64,000 bases of DNA from NCBI GenBank assembly GCA_964390595.1, contig CAYMIA010000001.1:59981-123980 (forward strand). Reading direction: 5' to 3'. Numbering within the stretch: position 1 is the stretch's first letter; each line of letters begins with the position of its first letter. The translations under genes were made by a program, and so were the position numbers. This stretch comes from an uncultured Gammaproteobacteria bacterium (GTDB lineage: Bacteria > Patescibacteriota > Microgenomatia > Daviesbacterales > UBA10151). This document shows, piece after piece, positions 55,727 through 64,000 of this stretch. The notes beneath the pieces are model-generated. The model did not search any database and had not been told where the DNA came from. It saw only the letters and a program-made list of their open reading frames with translations.

Positions 55727-57043
55727 TTAGAAGAAGGCGATTGGAGTGCCTATTTTGTCAGTACTAAATTTTTTAACTATAATATTTCCGCTCTTAACGT
55801 CGATAACTTCCCAATTATAACCATAAGGTTTAACTAGTGATAAACTGTAATACAAAAGGTATTCCTCATTTGTAGAAAAAATGACGGTTTGGGGTACATC
55901 ATTAAGATAAGCAGTTCGATTTGTGTCAGAATTATCGGTCAGGCCAGTACTCGATACTAATCTGCCATCCTGTGAGTAAATGTTTAATCTCTCGTCATTG
56001 GGGACTGGTTGAGATTTCAAAAATAGTGCTAGATATTTATTAGTTGGTGACCAAACTCCTCCCGGAACTAGCTCAAATCTAAAATTTGGAGGATTATCTA
56101 AGTTGATTTGAGTTTTAGGTTTAGCTAAGTCAGCAAGTGAATATATTTTTATGGTTCGAGAGGAATCTAAGTCGCCTTGATTACTGAGGGAGATTACATT
56201 TTCCTTGCTTGGACTAAAAACTTCTTTGTGGTTAGGATCAATTAGCGGTATGTCAGTTTTTTTATTTAAATCAAACAGATAATATTTCTGATCAGTATGC
56301 CCAATGTTTTGATTATAAGTTACTATGTTTTCGCTTTGATCATAATAAAGATTTCCCAGAATTGGGGCGTTTTTCTTAAATAATATTTTGGGGACGAGGG
56401 TGGTAGCATCCATTACCCCAACGGCTCTTTCGGTTACTGTTGAGGAATTGATGTTTGGATCATTGCTAGCCACGAAAACCAGACTTTGGTTATTTGATGA
56501 CCAACCAGCAAAGAGGATATTTGAATAGCCAGTGGCTTGAATGACCTTGGGGGTATTTAATTGTTTTAAATTTGTGCCATCAACGTTAGCGATATACTGA
56601 TCAGCTCTTAAGTTACTGGGGTCAGTAATATTTTTCATGGCAAAAATTAGTATTTTGGAGCTATCTGGAGAAGCAACTGCACTAATATATGTGTCTTTAT
56701 CTGGTACTAAGTTAGTGTTAAATGTCTGGATATTTTCTCCTTTGGTATCAGAAATTTGCAGGGTTGATCCGGGCTTTCTTGTGGAGAATAGGATCTTATT
56801 TTGAAAGGCTAAATGTGGTGGAATAGTTGGTATAGGAGCTTGGGTTGGTAGCACCTCGGTGTGGTTGGCAGTTTTTGGTTGATTATTTTTTTGACCAATT
56901 AGTTCAGGGTGAGAGTTCTTGATATACAAAGATCCACCCACTATTCCAGCTGACAGAACTCCGATGATTAACAAGAAGATCAGGGTAGCAAATCCTTTTT
57001 GGTGCATTAGTATTAGTTTTGCACAATCAGTCAATAAATCCAA
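55727..57043 (-). CDS. secreted WD40-like/TolB-like beta-propeller protein
   Basis: 438 aa with an N-terminal TM/signal. Repeated beta-strand-rich segments with a periodic YxS/DG..I pattern. The call rests on composition and periodicity only. Confidence 0.4.
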   Translation of the reverse strand: MDLLTDCAKLILMHQKGFATLIFLLIIGVLSAGIVGGSLYIKNSHPELIGQKNNQPKTANHTEVLPTQAPIPTIPPHLAFQNKILFSTRKPGSTLQISDTKGENIQTFNTNLVPDKDTYISAVASPDSSKILIFAMKNITDPSNLRADQYIANVDGTNLKQLNTPKVIQATGYSNILFAGWSSNNQSLVFVASNDPNINSSTVTERAVGVMDATTLVPKILFKKNAPILGNLYYDQSENIVTYNQNIGHTDQKYYLFDLNKKTDIPLIDPNHKEVFSPSKENVISLSNQGDLDSSRTIKIYSLADLAKPKTQINLDNPPNFRFELVPGGVWSPTNKYLALFLKSQPVPNDERLNIYSQDGRLVSSTGLTDNSDTNRTAYLNDVPQTVIFSTNEEYLLYYSLSLVKPYGYNWEVIDVKSGNIIVKKFSTDKIGTPIAFF

Positions 57044-57093
57044 GCAGATGGTTTGAATGACCTACTAGATGGTATAATGCCGCCAGTAATTAG

Positions 57094-57648
57094 ATGACAA
57101 AAAGATTGATGCAAACTTTTAAATATTGGTTGCCGCTGGCGTTTGCTACCACGGCCGTTTCTGGTTTAGTTTATGCTACTGTTCAGCAAAATTATAGGCA
57201 ATCAGCTAATGATCCCCAAATTCAAATGGCAGAGGATGCTGCTGCATTGCTGTCAAATGGGATCGATCCTAAAAGTTTGGTAGCTGAGAATAAAGTGGAG
57301 ATATCCAAGAGCTTGGCTCCATATATCATAATTTTTGACAGCCAAGGAGTGGTTTTAGCCTCTTCTGGACAACTGGATGGAAGAGTACCAACTCCTCCTA
57401 GAGGTGTGCTCCAATCTGCAACTAGCAAATCGGAGAATAGAGTAACATGGCAGCCTAGAGATGATGTTAGGGGGGCCGCTGTAGTGACCCGTTTTGAGGG
57501 AACAACTTCAGCTGGTTTCGTTTTGGCGAGCCGCTCGCTCCGGGAAGTTGAAGTTCGGGAAAACCGGTTAACATTTACAGTCGCTGTTGCCTGGGTTGTC
57601 ACCATGCTAGGAAGTTTGCTCTTGATATTTTTTCTTTCGGTCTTCTAG
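57094..57648 (+). CDS. membrane-anchored hypothetical protein (N- and C-terminal TM)
   Basis: 184-aa ORF immediately upstream of the primase-like gene. No motif recognised. Confidence 0.4.
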   Translation: MTKRLMQTFKYWLPLAFATTAVSGLVYATVQQNYRQSANDPQIQMAEDAAALLSNGIDPKSLVAENKVEISKSLAPYIIIFDSQGVVLASSGQLDGRVPTPPRGVLQSATSKSENRVTWQPRDDVRGAAVVTRFEGTTSAGFVLASRSLREVEVRENRLTFTVAVAWVVTMLGSLLLIFFLSVF

Positions 57649-57760
57649 TTTCAGGATTGATATAGTTTAGACGTCTTGTATTTTTATTCAATAACTTCTA
57701 CTTTAAAGGTGTATTTACAACTCTGCTGCCCGCAAGTTATTCTAAATTATGGGGTAATTT

Positions 57761-60556
57761 ATGACTATGATAGAGGGCAAACACAAAGACCTTTGGGGTC
57801 ACCAAGTCGCATTTGATACCGCTTTATTGGAGCGGGTTCCAAACCCCTCCCGCAGATTTCAGGATTGGGTAGAGTCGGCTATGCATGATTACAAAAAGGT
57901 GGTTATTCCTGCAGACAGTGAGACCGGAAAACCAACCGAGCGGATAGTTAATAGCAGCAGGGTTGATATAGCGGTTAGTGCAATTATTCAAAAAGGGTTG
58001 GCAGATAGCGCTTTGGAGGCGTTAAGTTATCTCAATGGGATGCTCGCCGATTTTAAACCAACTACTTCCCGGATCGCTAAGCAAGATTTTGACAGACGGG
58101 GAAATTCAGAGAAATGGCGGTTGATAAGAGAGAAGGTTGGGGAAACACCTAAACCCAAAACTGATACCACTCACAGACAACATGGGACTTTTGGGCATGT
58201 CGCTATCGCTGATATTTTGGCGAATATCATGACCAATAAGGAATCAGCTGTTCAGCCCAATTTGCCGCTTGTTTTAGATGGACAGCTGTCGTTACCAGGA
58301 GATTTTGGGGTTCCAAAAAGGGTGATTGATTGGGACTATATGACTGAGTTGGATCAATATCTGGGGGAACTGCGAACAATATTAGACCAAAATACTGATG
58401 GAAAGTTGACTTTTACTCGGGCAACTTTAGCGAATTTTGTAGGGAATAGGTTAAGTGAGCATTTAAGGTCAGTCTATGGAAATGAGCATATGGATAAGAT
58501 TAGATTCAATGGCGATCCAGGCCGGAATCATTTAACTGTATATACTTTGGCAATTTGGGGTGGCGCAGCTAAGTTCGCTTTAGGTTCAGATGCCCGGATA
58601 CTTTTTTCCGAGCTAGCTCCATGGAATGAAAAAGCCCACACTTTTAAAGGACGGCCGGTCAATGTTGGGCGGATGGATGCGGTTGAACTGACTAGTTTAA
58701 GTGGTCAACCTTTGTCAAATGAACAACTCAGAAGAGCCAGGCAAATTGTTCGGGAGCACCCTCGTAATACAGAGGAACTGTTACGTCATTTAATGGGTAC
58801 TTTTAATGGTAGTCTGGATCTTAGTCAAGATCTCAGGATCATTGATTTTAAAATGGGTTTCGGAGATGGTTCACAAAAAAATCAAGTTATCTATGCCAAT
58901 CAAATTGCGGAGGGGCCATTTCCAGATCATGCCCGTCAAATTCGTGATTACGCGAGCAATGCGACACTTGCAGCTTATGAAGTTATCCGGCAAGAAGGCC
59001 GGCCAGTCCCGGAAAACTGGTGGGACTTGGAGGCGTTTAATTTTGCCTCTTTGTGTTATTTTTTGCACAGTGATGATGAACCAGTTGATCATTGTGAAAT
59101 TGTGACTCCAGACCAAAAGAGAGAATATGCCGAGAGAAGAGCAGACAGGTTGCCTGTTGTGCAAAGAAAGGCTGATATTAGAGATACAGATAATTTTGTG
59201 GCTAATTATTTGGTTGGAGTGTTAGAAAATAGGGCGGTAACGCTACCGGTTCGGGCCTTGCCAATGCAAATGGAGGGTGTAACTGCGGTTTCAGAGATCG
59301 ACCGGCTATATGAAAGCCGCCGGGTTTTTGTTGATGGTCAAAGGATTGTGGAAGAAGTTGGGGGTAGAAACAGCCGGTTTAGGGTGATGCATGTCGATAC
59401 CCTAATTAAGGCGATTAACAGTGGAGATATCGAGACAGGTTATTTTGGTCTCGACCGTGGCGGAATGATTAAATGTTTTTTGCCTGAGCATGGAGGAGAA
59501 GATGATACACCTTCTCTATATTTGTCGATTGACAGGGGAACTTTTAAATGTTTTGGCCGGTGTTCAGGTATCCCGCCTTTTAGAGGAGGTGGCCGGTTTG
59601 CTATGGATTCTATTCCAGAGAATTTGCCAGAGATATCTGAGCAGTTTAGGTCTAAATACTTTAGGGGAGAGCGGGCATCAGGAACTGAACCAGACCAAGA
59701 TCACTTGAAATTTATGCGAGATGCTCAGGAGGTTTTTACCCGGGCTTTTAGAGATAGCCCAGCTCAGGATTATTTGACCCAAGTTAGGAAAATTGATGCT
59801 GATTTAGCGGCTGCTTATGGAGTAGGCTTTGCTACTGTCGGATCAATTAGACAACTGCTTGAAGCCTATGATTTGGACTCTCTTATTAGATATGGACTAG
59901 TTGGTTACTCGGAGTATAAAGGTAGGCGGGGGAGTTTGTATGGATTGTTGAAATATAAAGGTTATAGCGATGCAGACATTGTCAAGGAACACCTGGTGAA
60001 GAAAGGCATCATTGATAATCATTATCCTTATTTTATTTTGGATCAAACTGCGACTTTCCCCTTAACTTTAGATGCTTCCCGGATCAATAGTTTTTATGGC
60101 CGAACCGTTAATGAAACAAATAAGCGGTTTGCTCACCGAAAATTAAGGTTGGCCGACCATGGTGGCTTTAATATGGGCGTTTTAGAGAGCGGTTACGATG
60201 AACTAATTATGGTGGAGGCGCCCATTGATGGCTTAAGTTTTATTCAAATGGGTTTAGAAAATACAGCCGCATTAATTGGAGTGAATAATGAATTTATCTT
60301 AAGGCAAGTGGCTAAATCAGGCAAAGCTCTGGCTTTTTCATTAGACAACGATCCAACAGGCCGGGATGTGACGGCTCATCTGATATCGCATATGGGCCAT
60401 ATTAATCCGTCGCTTCGAACCCGAGACTTTACAGCGGCGTTGAATGACGCTTTTTACGAAGGACTATGGAGTAATCCAGTCAATTGGAAAGATGCTAATC
60501 ATTTGTTAACAAATTATGGACCGGATGTTCTGTCAAATATGCGTCTCGCCGCTTAA
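57761..60556 (+). CDS. DnaG-type primase core (zinc-binding domain + RNA-polymerase/Toprim domain) fused to a 560-aa N-terminal domain of unknown function
   Basis: 931 aa. Around aa 560-600 there is a CHC2-like zinc finger (IKCFLPEHGGEDDTPSLYLSIDRGTFKCFGRCSG). The DnaG linker follows (AQDYLTQVRKIDADLAAAYGVGFA). Next is the RPD N-subdomain (ILDQTATFPLTLDASRINSFYGRTVNETNKRFAHRKL). Last is Toprim (DELIMVEAPIDGLS ... FSLDNDPTGRD). The first 560 aa have no match I can recognise. No C-terminal DnaB-binding domain. Confidence 0.7.
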   Translation: MTMIEGKHKDLWGHQVAFDTALLERVPNPSRRFQDWVESAMHDYKKVVIPADSETGKPTERIVNSSRVDIAVSAIIQKGLADSALEALSYLNGMLADFKPTTSRIAKQDFDRRGNSEKWRLIREKVGETPKPKTDTTHRQHGTFGHVAIADILANIMTNKESAVQPNLPLVLDGQLSLPGDFGVPKRVIDWDYMTELDQYLGELRTILDQNTDGKLTFTRATLANFVGNRLSEHLRSVYGNEHMDKIRFNGDPGRNHLTVYTLAIWGGAAKFALGSDARILFSELAPWNEKAHTFKGRPVNVGRMDAVELTSLSGQPLSNEQLRRARQIVREHPRNTEELLRHLMGTFNGSLDLSQDLRIIDFKMGFGDGSQKNQVIYANQIAEGPFPDHARQIRDYASNATLAAYEVIRQEGRPVPENWWDLEAFNFASLCYFLHSDDEPVDHCEIVTPDQKREYAERRADRLPVVQRKADIRDTDNFVANYLVGVLENRAVTLPVRALPMQMEGVTAVSEIDRLYESRRVFVDGQRIVEEVGGRNSRFRVMHVDTLIKAINSGDIETGYFGLDRGGMIKCFLPEHGGEDDTPSLYLSIDRGTFKCFGRCSGIPPFRGGGRFAMDSIPENLPEISEQFRSKYFRGERASGTEPDQDHLKFMRDAQEVFTRAFRDSPAQDYLTQVRKIDADLAAAYGVGFATVGSIRQLLEAYDLDSLIRYGLVGYSEYKGRRGSLYGLLKYKGYSDADIVKEHLVKKGIIDNHYPYFILDQTATFPLTLDASRINSFYGRTVNETNKRFAHRKLRLADHGGFNMGVLESGYDELIMVEAPIDGLSFIQMGLENTAALIGVNNEFILRQVAKSGKALAFSLDNDPTGRDVTAHLISHMGHINPSLRTRDFTAALNDAFYEGLWSNPVNWKDANHLLTNYGPDVLSNMRLAA

Positions 60557-60572
60557 ATGTCTATTTAGTATA

Positions 60573-60601
60573 TTGACTAAATATTTCTTACCCCTTAGTA
60601 T
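60573..60601 (+). promoter_or_regulatory. sigma70-like promoter (TTGACT - 17 nt - TAGTAT)
   Basis: Near-consensus -35 and -10 hexamers with a 17-nt spacer. The next plus-strand gene starts 200 nt downstream at 60803, preceded by a strong SD (GAGAGGAGGTGA). Confidence 0.3.
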
Positions 60602-60802
60602 CGTAGAGAGGTTAAGCTAGGTGTTGCGACTAGAGCCTGTTTATCCCTTTTGACTAAACTATTACCATGAATTTACTGCCCCATAATTGTACTATTTTCT
60701 TTAATTCTCTTACAAATTCCTTCCTACTAAATTCGAATATCACTAGTATTTGTGTCTTTTTAACAAATACTATAGCTGATATCGAGAGGAGGTGAAATAA
60801 AA

Positions 60803-61408
60803 ATGAAATTAGGATATAAAGTTGGTGCGATGTTATCAACTGGAGCCTTGCTGGCTTCTGTTTTTGCTCCAGTAGCTTTTGCTAGCAGTGATGTGACCGT
60901 TTCAGGAAATGGTGCAGGTTCAACAAGTATTGTTAATGTATCCGGTGGAACTAGCGGTGGTGGAAGTGTTACTCAAACTAATAACACAACCGTGCTAACT
61001 ACGGTCAATGCTTCAAGCAACACAGGTTATAACCAATCTAATGCTAATACTGGTGGGGGTGTAAGCACTACTACCGGATCCGCTACAACAGGCGTTAACG
61101 TTTCAGTTGCAGGTGGTACAAATGTGGCAACAGGTACTGATTGTGGTTGCGCAACAAACACCAATACAGTCAATGTTCTTGGTAATGGAGCTGGATCTCT
61201 CAATTTAGTTAATATTTGGGGGAGTAAAAAAGGTTCTTCAACTAAACAAACAAATAATGTATTTGTTGGTGTGGGAGTAAATGCAGGATCAAATACTGGT
61301 TACAACCAGTCAAATGCAAATACCGGACCTGGTGGAGTCACCACAGCAACTGGTGGATCTACAACTGGTGTAGGAGTTAATGTGACGGGTTCAACAAACG
61401 TCCATTAA
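60803..61408 (+). CDS. secreted Asn/Gly/Thr-rich tandem-repeat protein (two repeats of about 85 aa)
   Basis: 201 aa with signal peptide MKLGYKVGAMLSTGALLASVFAPVAFA. Repeat 1: VSGNGAGSTSIVNVSGG...NASSNTGYNQSNANTGGG...VNVSVAGGTNV. Repeat 2: VLGNGAGSLNLVNIWG...NAGSNTGYNQSNANTGPGG...VNVTGSTNV. Confidence 0.55.
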   Translation: MKLGYKVGAMLSTGALLASVFAPVAFASSDVTVSGNGAGSTSIVNVSGGTSGGGSVTQTNNTTVLTTVNASSNTGYNQSNANTGGGVSTTTGSATTGVNVSVAGGTNVATGTDCGCATNTNTVNVLGNGAGSLNLVNIWGSKKGSSTKQTNNVFVGVGVNAGSNTGYNQSNANTGPGGVTTATGGSTTGVGVNVTGSTNVH

Positions 61409-61427
61409 ATCTTTTAGTTTTTCAAAT

Positions 61428-61460
61428 AAAAGCCCCTTGGGATTCAGGGGGCTTTTTTAT
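61428..61460. terminator. rho-independent terminator (likely bidirectional)
   Basis: AAAGCCCC-ttgggattca-GGGGGCTTTTTTATT: a GC stem followed by a T-run. It lies between convergent genes (60803..61408 + and 61470..62054 -). Confidence 0.6.
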
Positions 61461-61469
61461 TCCCGAGGA

Positions 61470-62054
61470 CTATTTTTGATCAGCAAAAACTAGTAGCCTT
61501 TTAAATGAGGTACCAATTGGAGTACAGGTTTGTAAAATAAGTTGATGGGGGGATTTTGAGGTTAGAAACTCGATCTGATCTGGCCAAACAACTTTTTTGT
61601 CAGTTACTTTATAACTATATTCCTGGCCATCTTTGTATAAATTAATACTATCACCATTTTGAAGCTGTCCTAACTTAAGAAAGATGGTATTAATATAAGT
61701 TAAGCGCCAAGGGGCATTTGAAGAATGAGCAAATAAATAGATCGTGCCGGCATCTCCAGGTAGAGCTGTTCCTTTGGCTTGAGCGACGCCTTTTTCCAGG
61801 GCAGCGTTGTATTCTGACTCATTCCAAGGATTGACATCTGGGATAACTTTGGCTTCGGCCTGAATCTTGGGTATAGAGATGAAATAACCCTGATTAGGGA
61901 GATGGGGATTTAATCTAGGTGGAAAGAGATAAATTTTGATGACCGGAAGGTAGATTAAAAATATTCCTAGCACAGCTGCTAGCATGAGGGTATTTCCCAA
62001 CAATTGAATGGGACTTTTTTTAACCCTTTTTCTGCTTGCGGAGGATTTATTCAT
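61470..62054 (-). CDS. sortase (transpeptidase)
   Basis: 194 aa with an N-terminal TM anchor. Catalytic His context (IYLFAHSS) and TLxTC motif (LILQTCTP). Confidence 0.75.
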   Translation of the reverse strand: MNKSSASRKRVKKSPIQLLGNTLMLAAVLGIFLIYLPVIKIYLFPPRLNPHLPNQGYFISIPKIQAEAKVIPDVNPWNESEYNAALEKGVAQAKGTALPGDAGTIYLFAHSSNAPWRLTYINTIFLKLGQLQNGDSINLYKDGQEYSYKVTDKKVVWPDQIEFLTSKSPHQLILQTCTPIGTSFKRLLVFADQK

Positions 62055-62068
62055 TAAGTAGGAGAATT

Positions 62069-63265
62069 TTAGCGCCGTGCTCTGGCATATGCAACCCAGC
62101 CAGAAGGGGTTGAAGAATTTAGTCTTAAATGTAGACCAATGAAGAATAGACAGGCAAATAAAAGACTAAGGATTAATAACTCGTTGTTTCCAGTAGAGGG
62201 GAGAATCAGACCCGTCGTAGTTCCAAGTACAGATGGGCTTCCTCCTGAAGAAGAGCTGCCTGAATTTGTTGTGGTAGTAGTGGTGTTGGTTGTAGTAGTA
62301 GTTGGTGGTGTTGTTCCGCCCGAAGGGGGTGAACCAGGGGGAATGGATCCGCCTGGAGGTGGGGGAGGAGTTGTTGACTGGCAACAGGCAATAACAATCT
62401 GGCTCCCATTTAAATTAAAATTAGCAATAATAGTGTCTAGCATAATATTGCCAGTGTTTATCCAAACAGATCCGTTATTATTTGATGCAGTGTTTCCTCC
62501 GGTGTTGGCGTTGTAGAAAATATTGTTCTTAAGTATTAAGTTGTTAATAACTGAGATCGTATTATTGGAATTGTTATTTGTGATGACATTATTTTTTGAT
62601 CCAGAACCATTGCCGGATATTTTGATATCTGATATGGTCGAATCTGAGGAAGGAATGGAGATAGCGGACTGATTGATGTTGGTGTTAATAATTTGATTGT
62701 TAGCCGAGATATTGCCCGTATTAATGGAAACACTTCCATTGTTATTGTTGGCATTGTTTGAACCAGTATTAGCCGATCCGGAGATGTTGTTTTGAATAGC
62801 AGCTGTTTGATTGGTAGTCACAGTAGTTTGAGCTGTTTGATTGACTTGAATGCTGTTTTGGGAGTTTGAGCCATTGCTTGTCACTGCAACAGATGTATTT
62901 GCAGAAGTCGGGCAACAGTTTTGCTGAACTGTCGAAGTATTGAGATGATCGTTGCTGACTGTGGTATTGGAAGTTGAAGCACCAGTTTGTATTTGCGTCG
63001 AGAGCGGCTGGCTACCGGAGGAATTTGCTGTGTTGTTTGACGCGGTATTCGCTCCAGTATCAGAAGTCCCAGAAATATTGTTATTGATCGAAGATTGGTT
63101 AGATTGACTGGTAGTTGACGAGCTAGGTTGAGAGACAGTCACTTGAGTATCTGAGTTTGATCCATTGCCAGAAACCACAATTTCCTCAGCGAATACCACC
63201 TTAGGAGAACCAACAAAAAGTAATATAGATAGAATATTTACAATAATTAGAAGTCTGCTCTTCAT
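62069..63265 (-). CDS. LPXTG-anchored Asn/Ser/Thr-rich repeat surface protein (sortase substrate)
   Basis: 398 aa with a signal peptide. Repetitive SGNGS...ANTG.NTASNN motifs. A Pro/Thr-rich stalk (PPPPPGGSIPPGSPPSGGTTPPTTTTT) is followed by LPSTG, a hydrophobic segment and a basic tail (ARARR). Confidence 0.7.
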   Translation of the reverse strand: MKSRLLIIVNILSILLFVGSPKVVFAEEIVVSGNGSNSDTQVTVSQPSSSTTSQSNQSSINNNISGTSDTGANTASNNTANSSGSQPLSTQIQTGASTSNTTVSNDHLNTSTVQQNCCPTSANTSVAVTSNGSNSQNSIQVNQTAQTTVTTNQTAAIQNNISGSANTGSNNANNNNGSVSINTGNISANNQIINTNINQSAISIPSSDSTISDIKISGNGSGSKNNVITNNNSNNTISVINNLILKNNIFYNANTGGNTASNNNGSVWINTGNIMLDTIIANFNLNGSQIVIACCQSTTPPPPPGGSIPPGSPPSGGTTPPTTTTTNTTTTTTNSGSSSSGGSPSVLGTTTGLILPSTGNNELLILSLLFACLFFIGLHLRLNSSTPSGWVAYARARR

Positions 63266-63275
63266 TCTAATTTTT

Positions 63276-64000
63276 TTATTTCTTTTTAATAAAACTGATT
63301 AAATTAATAATTTTTTTACCAAAAACTAAGAAGATAATTATAGGTAAGGAGACAACCAACCAAGCTAAGTTAACTGTCATTTTGGAATTTTCAGAGTTTA
63401 TTAGGCCACCTGCTAGAGGATTATTTGAGCTTTTGTAACCAGCTATTTGGACGTTATTGATGCTGCTCGCACCTAAGACATTATTTGGTGATGAGGCATT
63501 TCCAGCTGAGACTGTCGTTTGAGTTTTAGTAATACCGATGACCGTCGTAACAGGTGCAGGATTTGGAGTAGATAATACGACAACTGTGTTGGTGCCAGCT
63601 CCGTTTGAGTTGTTTTGTTGGCCACCCTGAGGTGGGTTTTGGCTGCTAGAGTTGGCGGTTTGGTTGGTGGTTTGTTTTTTCATGCCTGGAGTAACGAAGT
63701 CGCCAATCCAACTTCCGAAGACATTGACAACGGTTACAATTAACCGACCATTACCTTTGATATTGTTGTTGACGAAGTTGACAATGTTGGCGACAATTTT
63801 GGCATTTCCAGTAGTGATTGTAGAGTCACCGCCGGTGTTGTTGTTAGCTTGGTTATTACCAGTATTGGCTGAGAGATTTAAGTTATTGGAAACTTTAGCG
63901 CTGTTTGTTTGGGTGAGTGTGCTGTTGCCATTTTGATTGATGTTGGTGGTATTCTGCGAACTAGCTCCGTTTCCGCTGTTGGTCGCATTGACATTGCCAT
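63276..64000 (-). CDS. Asn/Thr/Gly-rich surface protein, 5'-partial (continues beyond window)
   Basis: The ORF track starts at Met 63683, but the frame stays open upstream to the window edge (...SNNLNLSANTGNNQANNNTGGDSTITTGNAKIVANIV...GSWIGDFVTPGMKKQTTNQ...). C-terminal TM plus KKK. The motif family is the same as the two neighbouring repeat proteins. Confidence 0.5.
   Translation of the reverse strand, partial: GNVNATNSGNGASSQNTTNINQNGNSTLTQTNSAKVSNNLNLSANTGNNQANNNTGGDSTITTGNAKIVANIVNFVNNNIKGNGRLIVTVVNVFGSWIGDFVTPGMKKQTTNQTANSSSQNPPQGGQQNNSNGAGTNTVVVLSTPNPAPVTTVIGITKTQTTVSAGNASSPNNVLGASSINNVQIAGYKSSNNPLAGGLINSENSKMTVNLAWLVVSLPIIIFLVFGKKIINLISFIKKK

Noticed and set aside
62139-62516. 125-aa plus-strand ORF rich in V/P/G
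   Set aside because: It is the antisense reading of the Pro/Thr-rich low-complexity stalk of the LPSTG protein. It is an artefact.

Overview
This 64 kb window reads like a low-GC (about 35-45% by eye), gene-dense bacterial chromosome segment, and it has the character of a CPR/Patescibacteria genome or another small-genome Gram-positive-like organism. The signs are many short hypothetical proteins, a sortase/LPXTG surface system, archaeal-type cupin phosphoglucose isomerase, a PEP synthase/pyruvate kinase/adenylate kinase cluster, and standard genetic code. I could support about 70 protein genes and 7 complete tRNAs (Lys-CUU, Arg-UCG, His-GUG, Arg-UCU, Pro-UGG, Leu-UAA, Gln-UUG) plus tRNA-Gln fragments.

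The main functional blocks are:
- an ApbE + FMN-binding extracytoplasmic flavinylation pair;
- zwf plus a cupin-type PGI;
- a four-gene poly-GlcNAc-like exopolysaccharide locus (GT-C glycosyltransferase, NodB deacetylase, processive GT2 synthase, GH18 hydrolase);
- two two-component systems, one followed by a class-A beta-lactamase-like serine hydrolase;
- a radical SAM gene inside a compositionally richer island;
- dinB, a UDP-xylose synthase-like SDR, and the ppsA-adk-pyk cluster;
- a sortase with Asn/Thr/Gly-rich surface proteins at the 3' end of the window.

The observations that most deserve follow-up are:
- a 931-aa protein whose C-terminal 370 aa is a DnaG-type primase core fused to a 560-aa N-terminal region I cannot place;
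- a mosaic around tRNA-Gln in which two decayed GIY-YIG nuclease genes alternate with tRNA-Gln 5' and 3' fragments and 19-bp direct repeats, which looks like a decayed tRNA-targeting mobile element;
- a complete RRM RNA-binding protein that can only be translated from an AUU start, with a good Shine-Dalgarno sequence;
- a perfect 14-bp tandem duplication in the signal-peptide codons of a secreted glycosidase that sets the reading frame, which would behave like a phase-variation switch;
- higher-GC blocks next to tRNA genes that may be horizontally acquired.

No CRISPR array or rRNA was seen. All family assignments are from motif recognition by eye, and none has been checked against a database.
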